This document shows, piece by piece, positions 33,983-43,052 of a DNA stretch of 64,000 nucleotides (position 1 is the stretch's first letter; each line of letters opens with the position of its first letter). The translations under genes and the position numbers were made by a program. The notes under the pieces were generated by a model. The model did no database searches, had not been told where the DNA came from, and worked only from the letters and a program-made list of their open reading frames with translations. Source of the stretch: an uncultured Lachnospiraceae bacterium (GTDB lineage: Bacteria > Bacillota > Clostridia > Lachnospirales > Lachnospiraceae); the NCBI GenBank assembly GCA_900554415.1, contig USGU01000001.1:214102-278101 (forward strand), read 5' to 3'.

Positions 33983-34501
33983 TTATGAAATATGTCCCAG
34001 CTCGTACATCATCGTCTCCAGTTTCATATGCAATACTTCTTCTGACTCCCGTTCGCTTATCCATACGGACTGACATCCGGTTTCTTCCTCAAACAAAGGC
34101 ATGCGTTCTTCCGGAAATCCAATCATCACTACCCCATCCGCTTTCCACTCTCTGGTAAATATTGTTCCCTCTTCAATCCCATTTGCAAAATGGATTAAGG
34201 CGTACTGGTTTTTGTTGAAAATATACTGTTCAATTTGTTTCAGGTACTCATAATTACGGCTTCTCTGTGTCGGTCTTCCATCTGTAGTCCCGTCCAGAAT
34301 CACATACAGCTTCGTTCCTCTTCCCGCCAGTACCCGTGCGCGCACATTCAGCAGATAATCTTCTTCTTTTAAAATTTTCTCAATCTTCTGCTTTGTCTCC
34401 GTACTCATTCGTTCTGTCCGTCCGTGTATCACATTTAACACTGTCGTGACACTCACTCCTGCTCTGGACGCAATTTCTTTCACCCGTACTTTCTTCCGCA
34501 T
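33983..34501 (-). CDS. Short LacI-type HTH regulator
   Basis: VKEIASRAGVSVTTV..VIHG...MS.ET HTH, followed by only part of a periplasmic-binding-like domain (ADGVVM). 172 aa. Confidence 0.75.
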   Translation of the reverse strand: MRKKVRVKEIASRAGVSVTTVLNVIHGRTERMSTETKQKIEKILKEEDYLLNVRARVLAGRGTKLYVILDGTTDGRPTQRSRNYEYLKQIEQYIFNKNQYALIHFANGIEEGTIFTREWKADGVVMIGFPEERMPLFEEETGCQSVWISERESEEVLHMKLETMMYELGHIS

Positions 34502-34601
34502 GTTTTCTTCCTCTCTCTCATTTTAATTTTCAAATGCCGTTTTTCTTTCTCATCTCTGACATTTTCCAGACTATAACACATATTTTTTTGTTTGTGTGTT
34601 T

Positions 34602-34638
34602 TTCGACAAAGTACGATATTTACCTATATATTTCGACA
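34602..34638. promoter_or_regulatory. Two putative Spo0A boxes
   Basis: TTCGACA (reverse complement TGTCGAA) at 34602 and 34632, within a divergent intergenic region. Confidence 0.45.
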
Positions 34639-34745
34639 AATTTCGGTAAAATTATTCCGTAATTTTCTGTAAGATTATCAGTTGTGATTCCTGTACGCCT
34701 GTGCTATCCTTTTGGTAAATACAATCGCAAAAGGAGTTTTCTTTC

Positions 34746-35393
34746 ATGGATGGAATTATATTTGACATAGACGGAACCCTCTGGGATTCCACGGAGTCGG
34801 TAGCAAAGGCATGGAATCACGCCATTATAGAACAGGCGAATCTGGATTTACATCTGACTGGCGAAAAACTTATGCCTCTGTTTGGAAAAACAATGGATGA
34901 AATCGAAGCTGCATTATTCCCGGATTTTTCTCAGAAAAAAAGAGACGAACTTGGAAATGCATGTTATGAATACGAGAATACGTTTTTATACGAGGAACCT
35001 GGAATTTTATTTCCACATGTAAAAGAAACTTTCCAGCTTCTCTCCCAGTCTTATGACCTCTACATCGTCAGCAACTGCCAATGCGGTTACATTGAAGCTT
35101 TTCTGGAAACTACAGGGCTTCAGACTTACGTGAAGGATTCTCTGTGTTTTGGACAGACACACCTTCCAAAAGGGAAAACCATCCGTATGCTGATGGATAC
35201 CAATCATTTACAGGATGTGGTCTATATTGGTGATACCCAGGGAGATTATGATGCCTGTCAGATGGCAAATGTGCCTTTTATCTATGCAAGTTACGGATTC
35301 GGTCAGGCACCGGAGGCCGACTGCTCCATTCAGGGACTTGATGAACTTCCTCTGCTGTTGCAAACCTGGAATAAAAATCAGAAAGGGTGTTAA
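34746..35393 (+). CDS. HAD family hydrolase (phosphoglycolate phosphatase-like)
   Basis: FDIDGTLWDS, VSN, K, YIGDT.GD, YGFG. Confidence 0.9.
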   Translation: MDGIIFDIDGTLWDSTESVAKAWNHAIIEQANLDLHLTGEKLMPLFGKTMDEIEAALFPDFSQKKRDELGNACYEYENTFLYEEPGILFPHVKETFQLLSQSYDLYIVSNCQCGYIEAFLETTGLQTYVKDSLCFGQTHLPKGKTIRMLMDTNHLQDVVYIGDTQGDYDACQMANVPFIYASYGFGQAPEADCSIQGLDELPLLLQTWNKNQKGC

Positions 35394-35395
35394 AT

Positions 35396-36157
35396 ATGGT
35401 AAAAAAATGGCAGATTACAATTCCTGAATTCGAAGATAATTCCCCGCGGAATTTATATATTTATCTCCCACTGTCTTACAGTTCATCACATAAACGCTAT
35501 CCTGTCCTCTATATGTTTGACGGACACAATTTATTCTTTGATTCGGATGCAACTTATGGAAAATCATGGGGACTGAAGAAATATTTGGACAAAAATCGGG
35601 TAGATTTGATTGTAGTAGCACCGGAGTGCAGTCATCACCCGGACAACGGACGTCTAAAAGAATATGCCCCTTATACCTTTACGGACACTACTTTCGGTCA
35701 GATTGAGGGACACGGACGCACCACCATGGAATGGATGATCCACGTACTGAAAAAAGAAATCGACCAGCAGTTCCGCACCCGGAGAGGCCGGGAATACACT
35801 TATATTGCAGGCAGTTCCATGGGCGGTCTTATGAGCCTGTATGCTTTAATCCAATATAATCAGGTATTTTCCAGAGCTGCTGCACTCTCCCCTTCACTTT
35901 GGACTGCCCCGGATAAGCTGACCGCCTTAATCCGGAAATCCAGGTTGTCTCCGGACACTATCTGCTACATGGACTATGGTTCTGAAGAATTCCGTAATCA
36001 TCCCGGCATGGAAGCAGTTTACCGTCAGATTACGAATGAACTGGAGGACCGCCACATCCTGCTGACGAACCGCATTGTTCCCGGCGGAAAACACTGCGAA
36101 GCATCCTGGGAAAAACAGCTTCCTTTTGTTATTCCTGCTCTGCTTTATAAGAAATAA
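35396..36157 (+). CDS. Alpha/beta hydrolase (esterase family)
   Basis: YPVLYMFDGHNLF, GSSMGG nucleophile elbow, H.EASW. Confidence 0.9.
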   Translation: MVKKWQITIPEFEDNSPRNLYIYLPLSYSSSHKRYPVLYMFDGHNLFFDSDATYGKSWGLKKYLDKNRVDLIVVAPECSHHPDNGRLKEYAPYTFTDTTFGQIEGHGRTTMEWMIHVLKKEIDQQFRTRRGREYTYIAGSSMGGLMSLYALIQYNQVFSRAAALSPSLWTAPDKLTALIRKSRLSPDTICYMDYGSEEFRNHPGMEAVYRQITNELEDRHILLTNRIVPGGKHCEASWEKQLPFVIPALLYKK

Positions 36158-36204
36158 ACGCACAAAAATAAATACAATTACTAAAAAGGAGTTTTCTCAT
36201 ATCT

Positions 36205-37401
36205 ATGAAAAATTTTATTTTTATATCACCCAACTTTCCAACAAATTACTGGAAATTCTGCAGAGAATTAAAAAATAACGGACTCAATGTCCTTGGTATC
36301 GGCGACCAGCCTTATGACGAGCTGACATACGACTTAAAGAACAGCTTAAATGAATACTACAAAGTAAGTTCTCTTGAAAACGAAGACGAAGTTTACCGTG
36401 CAGTGGCATTTTTCATCCACAAGTACGGGCGCATTGACTGGCTGGAGTCCAACAATGAATACTGGTTAGAACGGGATGCTGCCCTGCGCACCGACTACAA
36501 TATTCCATCCGGTTTCCACACCTCTGATATGGAGCGTATCAAATTCAAATCAAAAATGAAAGAATATTATACCAGAATCGGACTTCCTGTAGCCCGCTAT
36601 CATATGGTAGATACGATTAAGAAATGCTTTGCTTTTGCAAATGAAGTCGGCTATCCGGTGGTAGTAAAACCGGACAATGGAGTTGGTGCTTCCGACACTT
36701 ATAAACTGAGCAGTGAGGAAGATATGTATGAATTCTTTAACAAGAAGAACCCGAAAGTATCTTACATCATGGAAGAATTTATTACCGCAGAAATTAATTC
36801 CTATGATGCGATTATTGATGAAAATGGAGAGCCGATATTTGAAACCGGAAATGTAACTCCATTTTCTATTATGGACATCGTAAACACCTCCGGAGATTGT
36901 GCTTATTATATTGTCAAAGACCTTGCGGACGATGTACGAAAAGCCGGACGTGATACAGTCAAAAGCTTTGGAGTAAAAAACCGTTTTGTCCATTTTGAAT
37001 TTTTCCGTCTGACCGCAGACCAGCCAATTGGCAAAAAGGGCGATGTGGTTGCTTTGGAAGTCAATATGCGTCCTTGTGGCGGTTTCACTCCTGACATGAT
37101 TAACTTCGCCCGCAACACGGATGTCTATAAAATGTGGGCAGACATGATTGCTTTCGGTCACTCTACCATTTCAGAAGGCCGGCATGCCTACTGTGCATTC
37201 GCCGGATTGCGCGACAATCAAGAATATGTAATGAGTCATGAGGACATTATGAACAAGTATGGAGCCTGTATGAAAATGGTGGAACGAATTCCAGATGCTC
37301 TCTCCGGTGCCATGGGAAATCAGATGTATGTTGCTGTTTTTGACACCGATGATGAAATGAATTGTTTCTATCAGGATATCTTCCAGCATAAGGAAGTCTA
37401 G
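36205..37401 (+). CDS. ATP-grasp domain protein
   Basis: FISPNFP, ESNNEYWL, GYPVVVKPDNGVGA, MEEFI, HFEFF, LEVNMRP.G. Confidence 0.88.
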   Translation: MKNFIFISPNFPTNYWKFCRELKNNGLNVLGIGDQPYDELTYDLKNSLNEYYKVSSLENEDEVYRAVAFFIHKYGRIDWLESNNEYWLERDAALRTDYNIPSGFHTSDMERIKFKSKMKEYYTRIGLPVARYHMVDTIKKCFAFANEVGYPVVVKPDNGVGASDTYKLSSEEDMYEFFNKKNPKVSYIMEEFITAEINSYDAIIDENGEPIFETGNVTPFSIMDIVNTSGDCAYYIVKDLADDVRKAGRDTVKSFGVKNRFVHFEFFRLTADQPIGKKGDVVALEVNMRPCGGFTPDMINFARNTDVYKMWADMIAFGHSTISEGRHAYCAFAGLRDNQEYVMSHEDIMNKYGACMKMVERIPDALSGAMGNQMYVAVFDTDDEMNCFYQDIFQHKEV

Positions 37402-37448
37402 TGTCTAGAAAAGTCTGGCACTTTTAATATGCATGACAACCTACGAAA

Positions 37449-37490
37449 GGGGCTGTCGCTTTAACGATTAATACTTAGTGCGACAGCCCC
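37449..37490. repeat. Inverted repeat resembling an IS end; marks the left edge of the island
   Basis: GGGGCTGTCGC-N20-GCGACAGCCCC. GC-rich island sequence begins immediately to its right. Confidence 0.6.
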
Positions 37491-37549
37491 CATGCCACAA
37501 GCGCTACTGCAAAAATGAAACCAATCACGATAACTTTGATACTCTTCAT
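37475..37549 (-). pseudogene. Truncated lipoprotein gene (signal peptide only)
   Basis: MKSIKVIVIGFIFAVALVA after a GGAGA RBS. The next codon begins TG and runs directly into the GGGGCTGTCGC repeat, where a lipobox Cys (LVAC) would be expected. Confidence 0.5.
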
Positions 37550-37587
37550 ACGTTCTCCATCCCGCCGCCATGGGCGGAGATATCCTT

Positions 37588-37791
37588 TTATGATACCGGT
37601 GGTTGGTTCTTCACGGCATCTACAAACAAGATGGTCAGCCCGATATAAGCGGCGCAGGCTACTGCCAGCAGAACGCAGAGGACGACACAGACCGATTGAA
37701 CCGGTTTCCGCAAGTAACGGCGGGAGAGAGCTATCCCCAGCAGCGACAGCAACAGCAGCACCACAGCAAGCCAAAGAGGCATATTGCTCAC
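37588..37791 (-). CDS. Small two-TM membrane protein
   Basis: GTG start after GGAGG. Two hydrophobic helices, 67 aa. Confidence 0.65.
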   Translation of the reverse strand: MSNMPLWLAVVLLLLSLLGIALSRRYLRKPVQSVCVVLCVLLAVACAAYIGLTILFVDAVKNQPPVS

Positions 37792-37796
37792 CTCCC

Positions 37797-38675
37797 TTAC
37801 ACGCCGCGGAATGCGTCGATCATATCCGTGAACCAGCGCAGTTCATGGGCAAAGCGCTGCCGCAGCTGCGCTGGATTTTCATAGCCTTTGCCGATGTCGA
37901 AAAAGCCGCGTCCGCTGTGAACGGCGATATACACCCTGCCGTCGGGGTTGAGATTTACAGCAAATTTACCGATGGAGGAATCCGCCAGTGCCAGGATGCG
38001 CTCCATGCGGCCAGGGGTCAGGATGCGAAGGGCTGCCGCTTCATCGTCGCTGCTCAGATTGAAGCGTTTGTCGAAGACCTCGCTGCCTGTTTTGATGGTT
38101 TTGGCGCTGAACAGCTTATCCAGCCTTTCTCTCGGTCAGATGGTCAGCCACGTCGGAAATTCTTGTCCCAGCTCACACAGCATCCACTGACCGGTGTAGA
38201 CAGGCTGCTCGTTCTTTTCCCACAGGCCCGTTTCCTCCCGCTGGACCTCGTTGACCTCCGTCAGCCTGACGGTACACAGCTCCGTAATCAGGCCACGATA
38301 TGTTCCCCGAACATACCCACTGCCGCTGCAATGGGTGTGTCTGGGCAGGGGTATGTTCGTGTCCTCTGCGTCCAGAAGATGCGGCGTGGGGCTCATCTGC
38401 ACGTTTTCAAGGGCAGCGCTTACGATGTCCGGTGCGATGGCATCGAAGGCCTGCTGGCTTGCCTTGTCCTTGGACTTGCCCTGCACCATCTGCCCCAGGC
38501 CAAGGATCACGCCGCCGATGACGACCAGCACAATGTTGCCGCCCAGAATGATGCCTGCGATGGCGACCACACCGCCCACCAGCGAAAGGAGTTTTCCGCC
38601 CAATTTGCCGCTCTTGCTTTTGCGAAGCTGCCGCGACAGATGTTCATCCGTCATGTTCCTGTTTTTTTCTTCCAT
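37797..38675 (-). pseudogene. DUF3137-like membrane protein with an in-frame TGA at 38136-38138
   Basis: ORFs 38136..38675 and 37797..38006 share a frame. Read-through gives WLTI*PRERLDKLF...EVFDKRFNLSSDDEAAALRILTPGRMERIL, a DUF3137-type motif. Confidence 0.8.
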
Positions 38676-38690
38676 ATTCTTCTCCTTATT

Positions 38691-39635
38691 TTATTCTGTC
38701 GTGCCGGTCAGCGCGGGACTTTCCGTTATCAGATCCAGCAGATTGCCCATACCGGTCAGCGAGGCGATGAACCACTTGCGGATACCGTCGATGTCCCGCA
38801 GATCCAGCTCCTCCGGAACGCCCGCAAACACATACCGGGTGTTCAGAGCCAGCGTCAGATCGCCGCCACGGAGGATAAGACCGCACAGCTTGGCACTGCT
38901 GGAAGATGCCTCCAGCTTCTGTACCAGGTCACGAAGCTGCGGTGTGACCTGATCGTCCGCCTCCCGGTCATCCGCCGTGTGAGCGGCAAAGTGTTTCCGG
39001 AAGGCGGCAGGGTCGGTGATGTCGTCTTTCTTCCGCTCCTGGAACGTATCATTCATGGCGATGTCCAGCGTCGGGTCGCAAATGTCCTTGCAGCGGACCA
39101 CGATGCCGCGGAACAGCGTCTCGGTTCGGGTCATCCAGTTGTCGTTGTTGGGGCCGGACTTTTCCTCCACCGTGCGGCGCAGCTCCACGTTGGCCGCGGA
39201 GAACCGCAGCCCCTTATGCTCACCCTCGTGAAAGTCTGTCACGGTACACTCCGTAAAGGAGACCGTCGACAGCTTTGCCGCCTCCAGGTACGCCCAGTCG
39301 ATGGGCAGCGTGGCCGGCTCCGGCTCCGGGCCGAAGGCTTTTGTCAGCTCCGTGCGGAAGAAGCCGCCCAGCTGCTGCTGCATCAGGGCTTTTTTATTCG
39401 TTTGGGCGGGCTTGGCCACCAGCAGGAACAGTGCCACGCCGGAAAAGACCAGAATGCAAATCACAATAATATTGCGATACACAAACATCATGATGCATCC
39501 GGTGATCACCAGAATAACGCCCAGCAGGATTCCGATGCTCTCCATTCTCTGATAGCTTCCCAGCTTTTTTGACAGCTCCGTGTCGGTCATGCGCTCGGCG
39601 CCCACAGCGTCAAAGTCATTGCATTTCTTTCGCAT
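38691..39635 (-). CDS. DUF3137-like two-TM membrane protein
   Basis: Two N-terminal TM helices, then D..EGEHKGLRF...VEL, TLFRG, FRKHF, VTPQL. Paralogous to the downstream gene. Confidence 0.75.
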   Translation of the reverse strand: MRKKCNDFDAVGAERMTDTELSKKLGSYQRMESIGILLGVILVITGCIMMFVYRNIIVICILVFSGVALFLLVAKPAQTNKKALMQQQLGGFFRTELTKAFGPEPEPATLPIDWAYLEAAKLSTVSFTECTVTDFHEGEHKGLRFSAANVELRRTVEEKSGPNNDNWMTRTETLFRGIVVRCKDICDPTLDIAMNDTFQERKKDDITDPAAFRKHFAAHTADDREADDQVTPQLRDLVQKLEASSSSAKLCGLILRGGDLTLALNTRYVFAGVPEELDLRDIDGIRKWFIASLTGMGNLLDLITESPALTGTTE

Positions 39636-39648
39636 AGCCGTCCCCCCC

Positions 39649-40968
39649 TTAGTAGCAAAGGCTGAAATACAGGCTGTTGTAAGGGTCAACGGTATCGATG
39701 TCCATAAGAGCGGCTTCGGGCGAAATGCTGTCCAACTGCATACGCTTGGCGCTGTCTTTGTAGCTCGACGGCTGCGTCTCGGCGGCAAATACGAGTCCGT
39801 CATAGTCCTCCGGGAGATAGACGGCGTAGCTCTTGGTCAGGACCTGCGCCCAGTCCCCCACGTTGTACTGCCAGTTGGTGGAGTAGGCGAATTCAATGAG
39901 ATAGCTGTTTCCCTGCCAGCTGACGGTGTGGAGATAGTAGTTGTCGCCCCGCTGGCTGTTGCCGTAAGCCGTTGCGGTGGTGAGCCACATGCCGGTGTAG
40001 AAGTCGTACAGCTCGCTGTCGGTATTGGTGATGTACTTCTCGGAAAAATACGGAATGGAGTCCTCCGGGATGTAGCAGATGGCGTCGAAGTGCAGCTCGC
40101 GGATGCCGTCATGGGTATAGTCGCCGTTCTTCGTGATCTCCCAATAGCAGTCATCGGTGTTGTAGCCATCGCCAAGTCCCGAATAGCTGCAAACTCCGTC
40201 TTCCAGCAGGAATGTCCCCATCTCCACGGCGGCATTGATCTCAAGGCCGTTTCTTGCGAAGTACGGCTCCTGAGACTGGATGCCCTCCACAGGCAGGAGC
40301 GTGCCGTTGTTCACGCTGTCGATGAGGTCGCCGCTGACGGTGCGGTCCAGCTGTAAGGTGTCACCGCTGCCGTCAAAGTGGAGCGTCACGCCGTTTTCAT
40401 CCACCCAAAGCGTACCGTATTCGATCACTTCATCCTGATCGTTTACAAATTCCCATGTGGCGTCATCGCAGATGCGCAGCCAGAGGTTCTTCCCTTGATA
40501 CTCCCAAAGGCCCACATACTCGCCCAGGTCACCGCCGCTGAGAGCAACGGTGGAAAGATCCTCCCGGAAGACATAGCGCTCCACCGGGTCCCAGATCCAG
40601 ACCAGCTCGGTGGCGTCACCGTTTTCGTGGATGAAGCTCACCAGAACATCACTTTCCCCGTCACCGTCCATATCGTCAAAGGAGATGGCGTTGAATGACT
40701 GCTCCGCGTCGGGGATGTTCATGGGAAAGGATACGCTGTCAAAGAGGACCTGCTCCGGCAGATCCCGGTAGAAGGCCACGCTGCTCTCACACACTGTGAC
40801 CAGCACATCCACACTCTCGCCGTCATGGGCAATGGTGCCGCTGCCAACCACCACGCCGGTCGTGCGCCAATCATCTCCCGCGGCATCGTCAGAATTGCCG
40901 CAGGCGGCAAGGCTCAGGCAAAACAGCAGCGCTAAGGTGAACGTCAAAAAGGGTCTTCGTTGTCTCAT
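39649..40968 (-). CDS. Acidic lipoprotein 3
   Basis: Signal MRQRRPFLTFTLALLFCLSLAAC. Contains a DMDGDGESD Ca-binding-like loop and a YVGLW module. Confidence 0.85.
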   Translation of the reverse strand: MRQRRPFLTFTLALLFCLSLAACGNSDDAAGDDWRTTGVVVGSGTIAHDGESVDVLVTVCESSVAFYRDLPEQVLFDSVSFPMNIPDAEQSFNAISFDDMDGDGESDVLVSFIHENGDATELVWIWDPVERYVFREDLSTVALSGGDLGEYVGLWEYQGKNLWLRICDDATWEFVNDQDEVIEYGTLWVDENGVTLHFDGSGDTLQLDRTVSGDLIDSVNNGTLLPVEGIQSQEPYFARNGLEINAAVEMGTFLLEDGVCSYSGLGDGYNTDDCYWEITKNGDYTHDGIRELHFDAICYIPEDSIPYFSEKYITNTDSELYDFYTGMWLTTATAYGNSQRGDNYYLHTVSWQGNSYLIEFAYSTNWQYNVGDWAQVLTKSYAVYLPEDYDGLVFAAETQPSSYKDSAKRMQLDSISPEAALMDIDTVDPYNSLYFSLCY

Positions 40969-40996
40969 TTCATTTTCCTCCTTCTTCCGCGGGGCT

Positions 40997-41917
40997 TCAG
41001 ATGTCCCAACTATCCATCCAGTTTGCGCCCCAGTCAACAGCGGGATCATATGGTTCTTCGGGAATCCAGCCTGCGGGATAGATGAGGCCGTCTTCGTCGT
41101 GGTAGGCAAGGCCGTCTTCGCCGATGGTGTAATCGTTGCCCAAAAGGTAACGGTTCACGCCGTCGTAGTACCAGATATAGAAGGTGGAGTATTCGTCTTC
41201 ATAAAACTCCGCGTTTTCCATATCCGTGTAGGTGTAGAAGTCGGCATTGCGGTAAAAGACGCCATCAAAATGCTGATCGTCCCCGTAGCGGCCGAAGCGT
41301 TCGGCGGAGAGGGTGAAGCTGTTGCCGTCGTCACCGGGGCAGAGGTAGGCGCGCGTCCCGTTGTCGTAAAGATAGAGGCCCATACCCTCGCCCTCGTCGT
41401 TCATGGTGCCACTCATGGAATAGTCCGGCGAGCAGGCGATGTACTGCATGAGGGACGAGTTGATGACGATGGTCTCGCCCAGGACATTTTGCCACATGCC
41501 GTCCCAGTTGCTTATGTCCCATTCGACGATCTCCGCCTCGTCGTCGTGGAGGAAGGTGTTTCGATGGATGGTGAGTCCGCTGCCCTCGCCGTTCCGGTTT
41601 GGCAGCAACACGCCGTCGTCGCGCAGGAGGAAGTTGTAGAGAAGACCGTTGAAGAAGATCATCGGCCGACCGCTCGCCTCGGACAGTTCGAATTCTCCGC
41701 GCCCGCCGAGTCCCCAGCAAGTGCGGTAGGCGTAAAAGCCCTCCGTACTGTCAAAGTATAACTTCGCGGTGCCGTCGATGCTCCACATCCCGTCGAGAAA
41801 TTCCATATCCATGACGGTCTCATAGCCGCTTTGCGTATCGTCAGATTCGGTGTCGCCGCAGGCGGCAAGACTCAGACACAGCGCCAGCGCCGTCAGGAGC
41901 GAAAAAAGCTTTTTCAT
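40997..41917 (-). CDS. Acidic lipoprotein 2
   Basis: Signal MKKLFSLLTALALCLSLAAC. Two DGMW modules. Confidence 0.85.
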   Translation of the reverse strand: MKKLFSLLTALALCLSLAACGDTESDDTQSGYETVMDMEFLDGMWSIDGTAKLYFDSTEGFYAYRTCWGLGGRGEFELSEASGRPMIFFNGLLYNFLLRDDGVLLPNRNGEGSGLTIHRNTFLHDDEAEIVEWDISNWDGMWQNVLGETIVINSSLMQYIACSPDYSMSGTMNDEGEGMGLYLYDNGTRAYLCPGDDGNSFTLSAERFGRYGDDQHFDGVFYRNADFYTYTDMENAEFYEDEYSTFYIWYYDGVNRYLLGNDYTIGEDGLAYHDEDGLIYPAGWIPEEPYDPAVDWGANWMDSWDI

Positions 41918-41937
41918 GCGTTCCTCTTTCCGCGGCA

Positions 41938-42687
41938 TTACGCCATCTTCTGATAGTAGTCGTATTCGCCGCCCCAGTAGATCACATCGTCGCCGACGAG
42001 GGTGAAGTCGTAGACAACATCTTCATACATGGCGGAAACGGCAAAATACTGTCCGGCGCCATCCTGATTTACCTCAATGGTGCCGCAGTCCACCGTGGTG
42101 GGGTCGCCGTCGCCGCCGGGGCGTTCGAGCAGCTCCCAGCTGCCGGAGGCGTCGAACGTAAGGATGCTGGCAGCGCCGGGCTCGGCATCCTGATACCATG
42201 TACCGGCAAGGTGTCCGTAATCGCCGTCACCGACGTTTTCGCCCGGCGCATCGCCGAGTATCTTTGTAAATGTGCCGAGAGAATCCACGTACAGCGTGCC
42301 AACCTCGTCGAACCAGCCGCGGTAGGCCACGCCGTCGTGCTCGTTGTAGAAGTAGTCGTAGTCGTATTCCGGCACGAACTGGATAAAGCCGCTGGCGGTC
42401 ACCTCTTCGTCGGCGTCGTACAGCGCAAAGCGCACCTCGTCACCGGCGTCGCTGGTGGCAGAAATCAGTGTTTCGCCGCCCTCACCCCTCCATGCGCCGC
42501 CAAAGACATACAGATTCGACATCTGTTCGCTGTCCTTGACCAGTCCCTCAAAGGAATCCGGGACACCGTAAAAATTGTAGTCGCTGCCGTCATCGCCGTA
42601 GTCCTCGTTGCTCTCGCCGCAGGCGGCAAGGCTCATGCACAGCGCCAGCGTCAATGCAAGGGACAGATAGGTTTTCAAGTGTTTCAT
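41938..42687 (-). CDS. Acidic lipoprotein 1
   Basis: Signal MKHLKTYLSLALTLALCMSLAAC after GGAGG. GGAW and AGTW modules. Confidence 0.85.
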   Translation of the reverse strand: MKHLKTYLSLALTLALCMSLAACGESNEDYGDDGSDYNFYGVPDSFEGLVKDSEQMSNLYVFGGAWRGEGGETLISATSDAGDEVRFALYDADEEVTASGFIQFVPEYDYDYFYNEHDGVAYRGWFDEVGTLYVDSLGTFTKILGDAPGENVGDGDYGHLAGTWYQDAEPGAASILTFDASGSWELLERPGGDGDPTTVDCGTIEVNQDGAGQYFAVSAMYEDVVYDFTLVGDDVIYWGGEYDYYQKMA

Positions 42688-42718
42688 CGGTTGCTCCTCC
42701 TTTTTCAAATGGATTGCT

Positions 42719-42958
42719 TCAATGCTCCTGCTCCGCCATGGACAATATCTCATCGTGGCTCAACTCCACATCGCCGAAGCGGACAAAGATGCCATTGGTC
42801 ACAGCGCTGTTCCAGATCCGTGCATCGGCAAGCGGGCGAAACCGGATCTTATCAAGATACGGCTTCATATCCAGCAGCAGCCGGCTGCCGGATACAAAAT
42901 CCACCTGCAAAACATGGTTGGGCAGCGGTGTGACAGATGTGAGATACCTTCGGTTCAA
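42719..42958 (-). CDS. DUF2442-like small protein
   Basis: TTG start after GGAGG. SVTPLPNHVLQVDFVSGSRLLLDMKPYL...FRPLAD fits the DUF2442 pattern. Confidence 0.65.
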   Translation of the reverse strand: MNRRYLTSVTPLPNHVLQVDFVSGSRLLLDMKPYLDKIRFRPLADARIWNSAVTNGIFVRFGDVELSHDEILSMAEQEH

Positions 42959-42979
42959 GTGCGTGCCCTCCTTTCCGCA

Positions 42980-43046
42980 AAAATAAAAATCCACCGTACA
43001 AACATTGTACGGTGGATCCTATGGGATAACCATTAACCAAAGGTTA
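42980..43046 (-). promoter_or_regulatory. Palindromic operator plus terminator/-10 hairpin ahead of the lipoprotein operon
   Basis: TAACC-TTT-GGTTA palindrome (43034-43046) with an extra half-site. Then a 12-bp stem ATCCACCGTACA/TGTACGGTGGAT containing TACAAT, followed by a T-tract. Confidence 0.6.
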
Positions 43047-43052
43047 GGTCTT

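Noticed and set aside
37515..39572. 685-aa plus-strand ORF, and other long + ORFs in the island (39580-40356, 40796-41761, 42211-42933, 44955-45926)
   Set aside because: The 685-aa ORF is in exact codon register antisense to real GC-rich genes, where TTA/CTA/TCA codons are rare. None has a recognisable domain, so they are treated as shadow ORFs.
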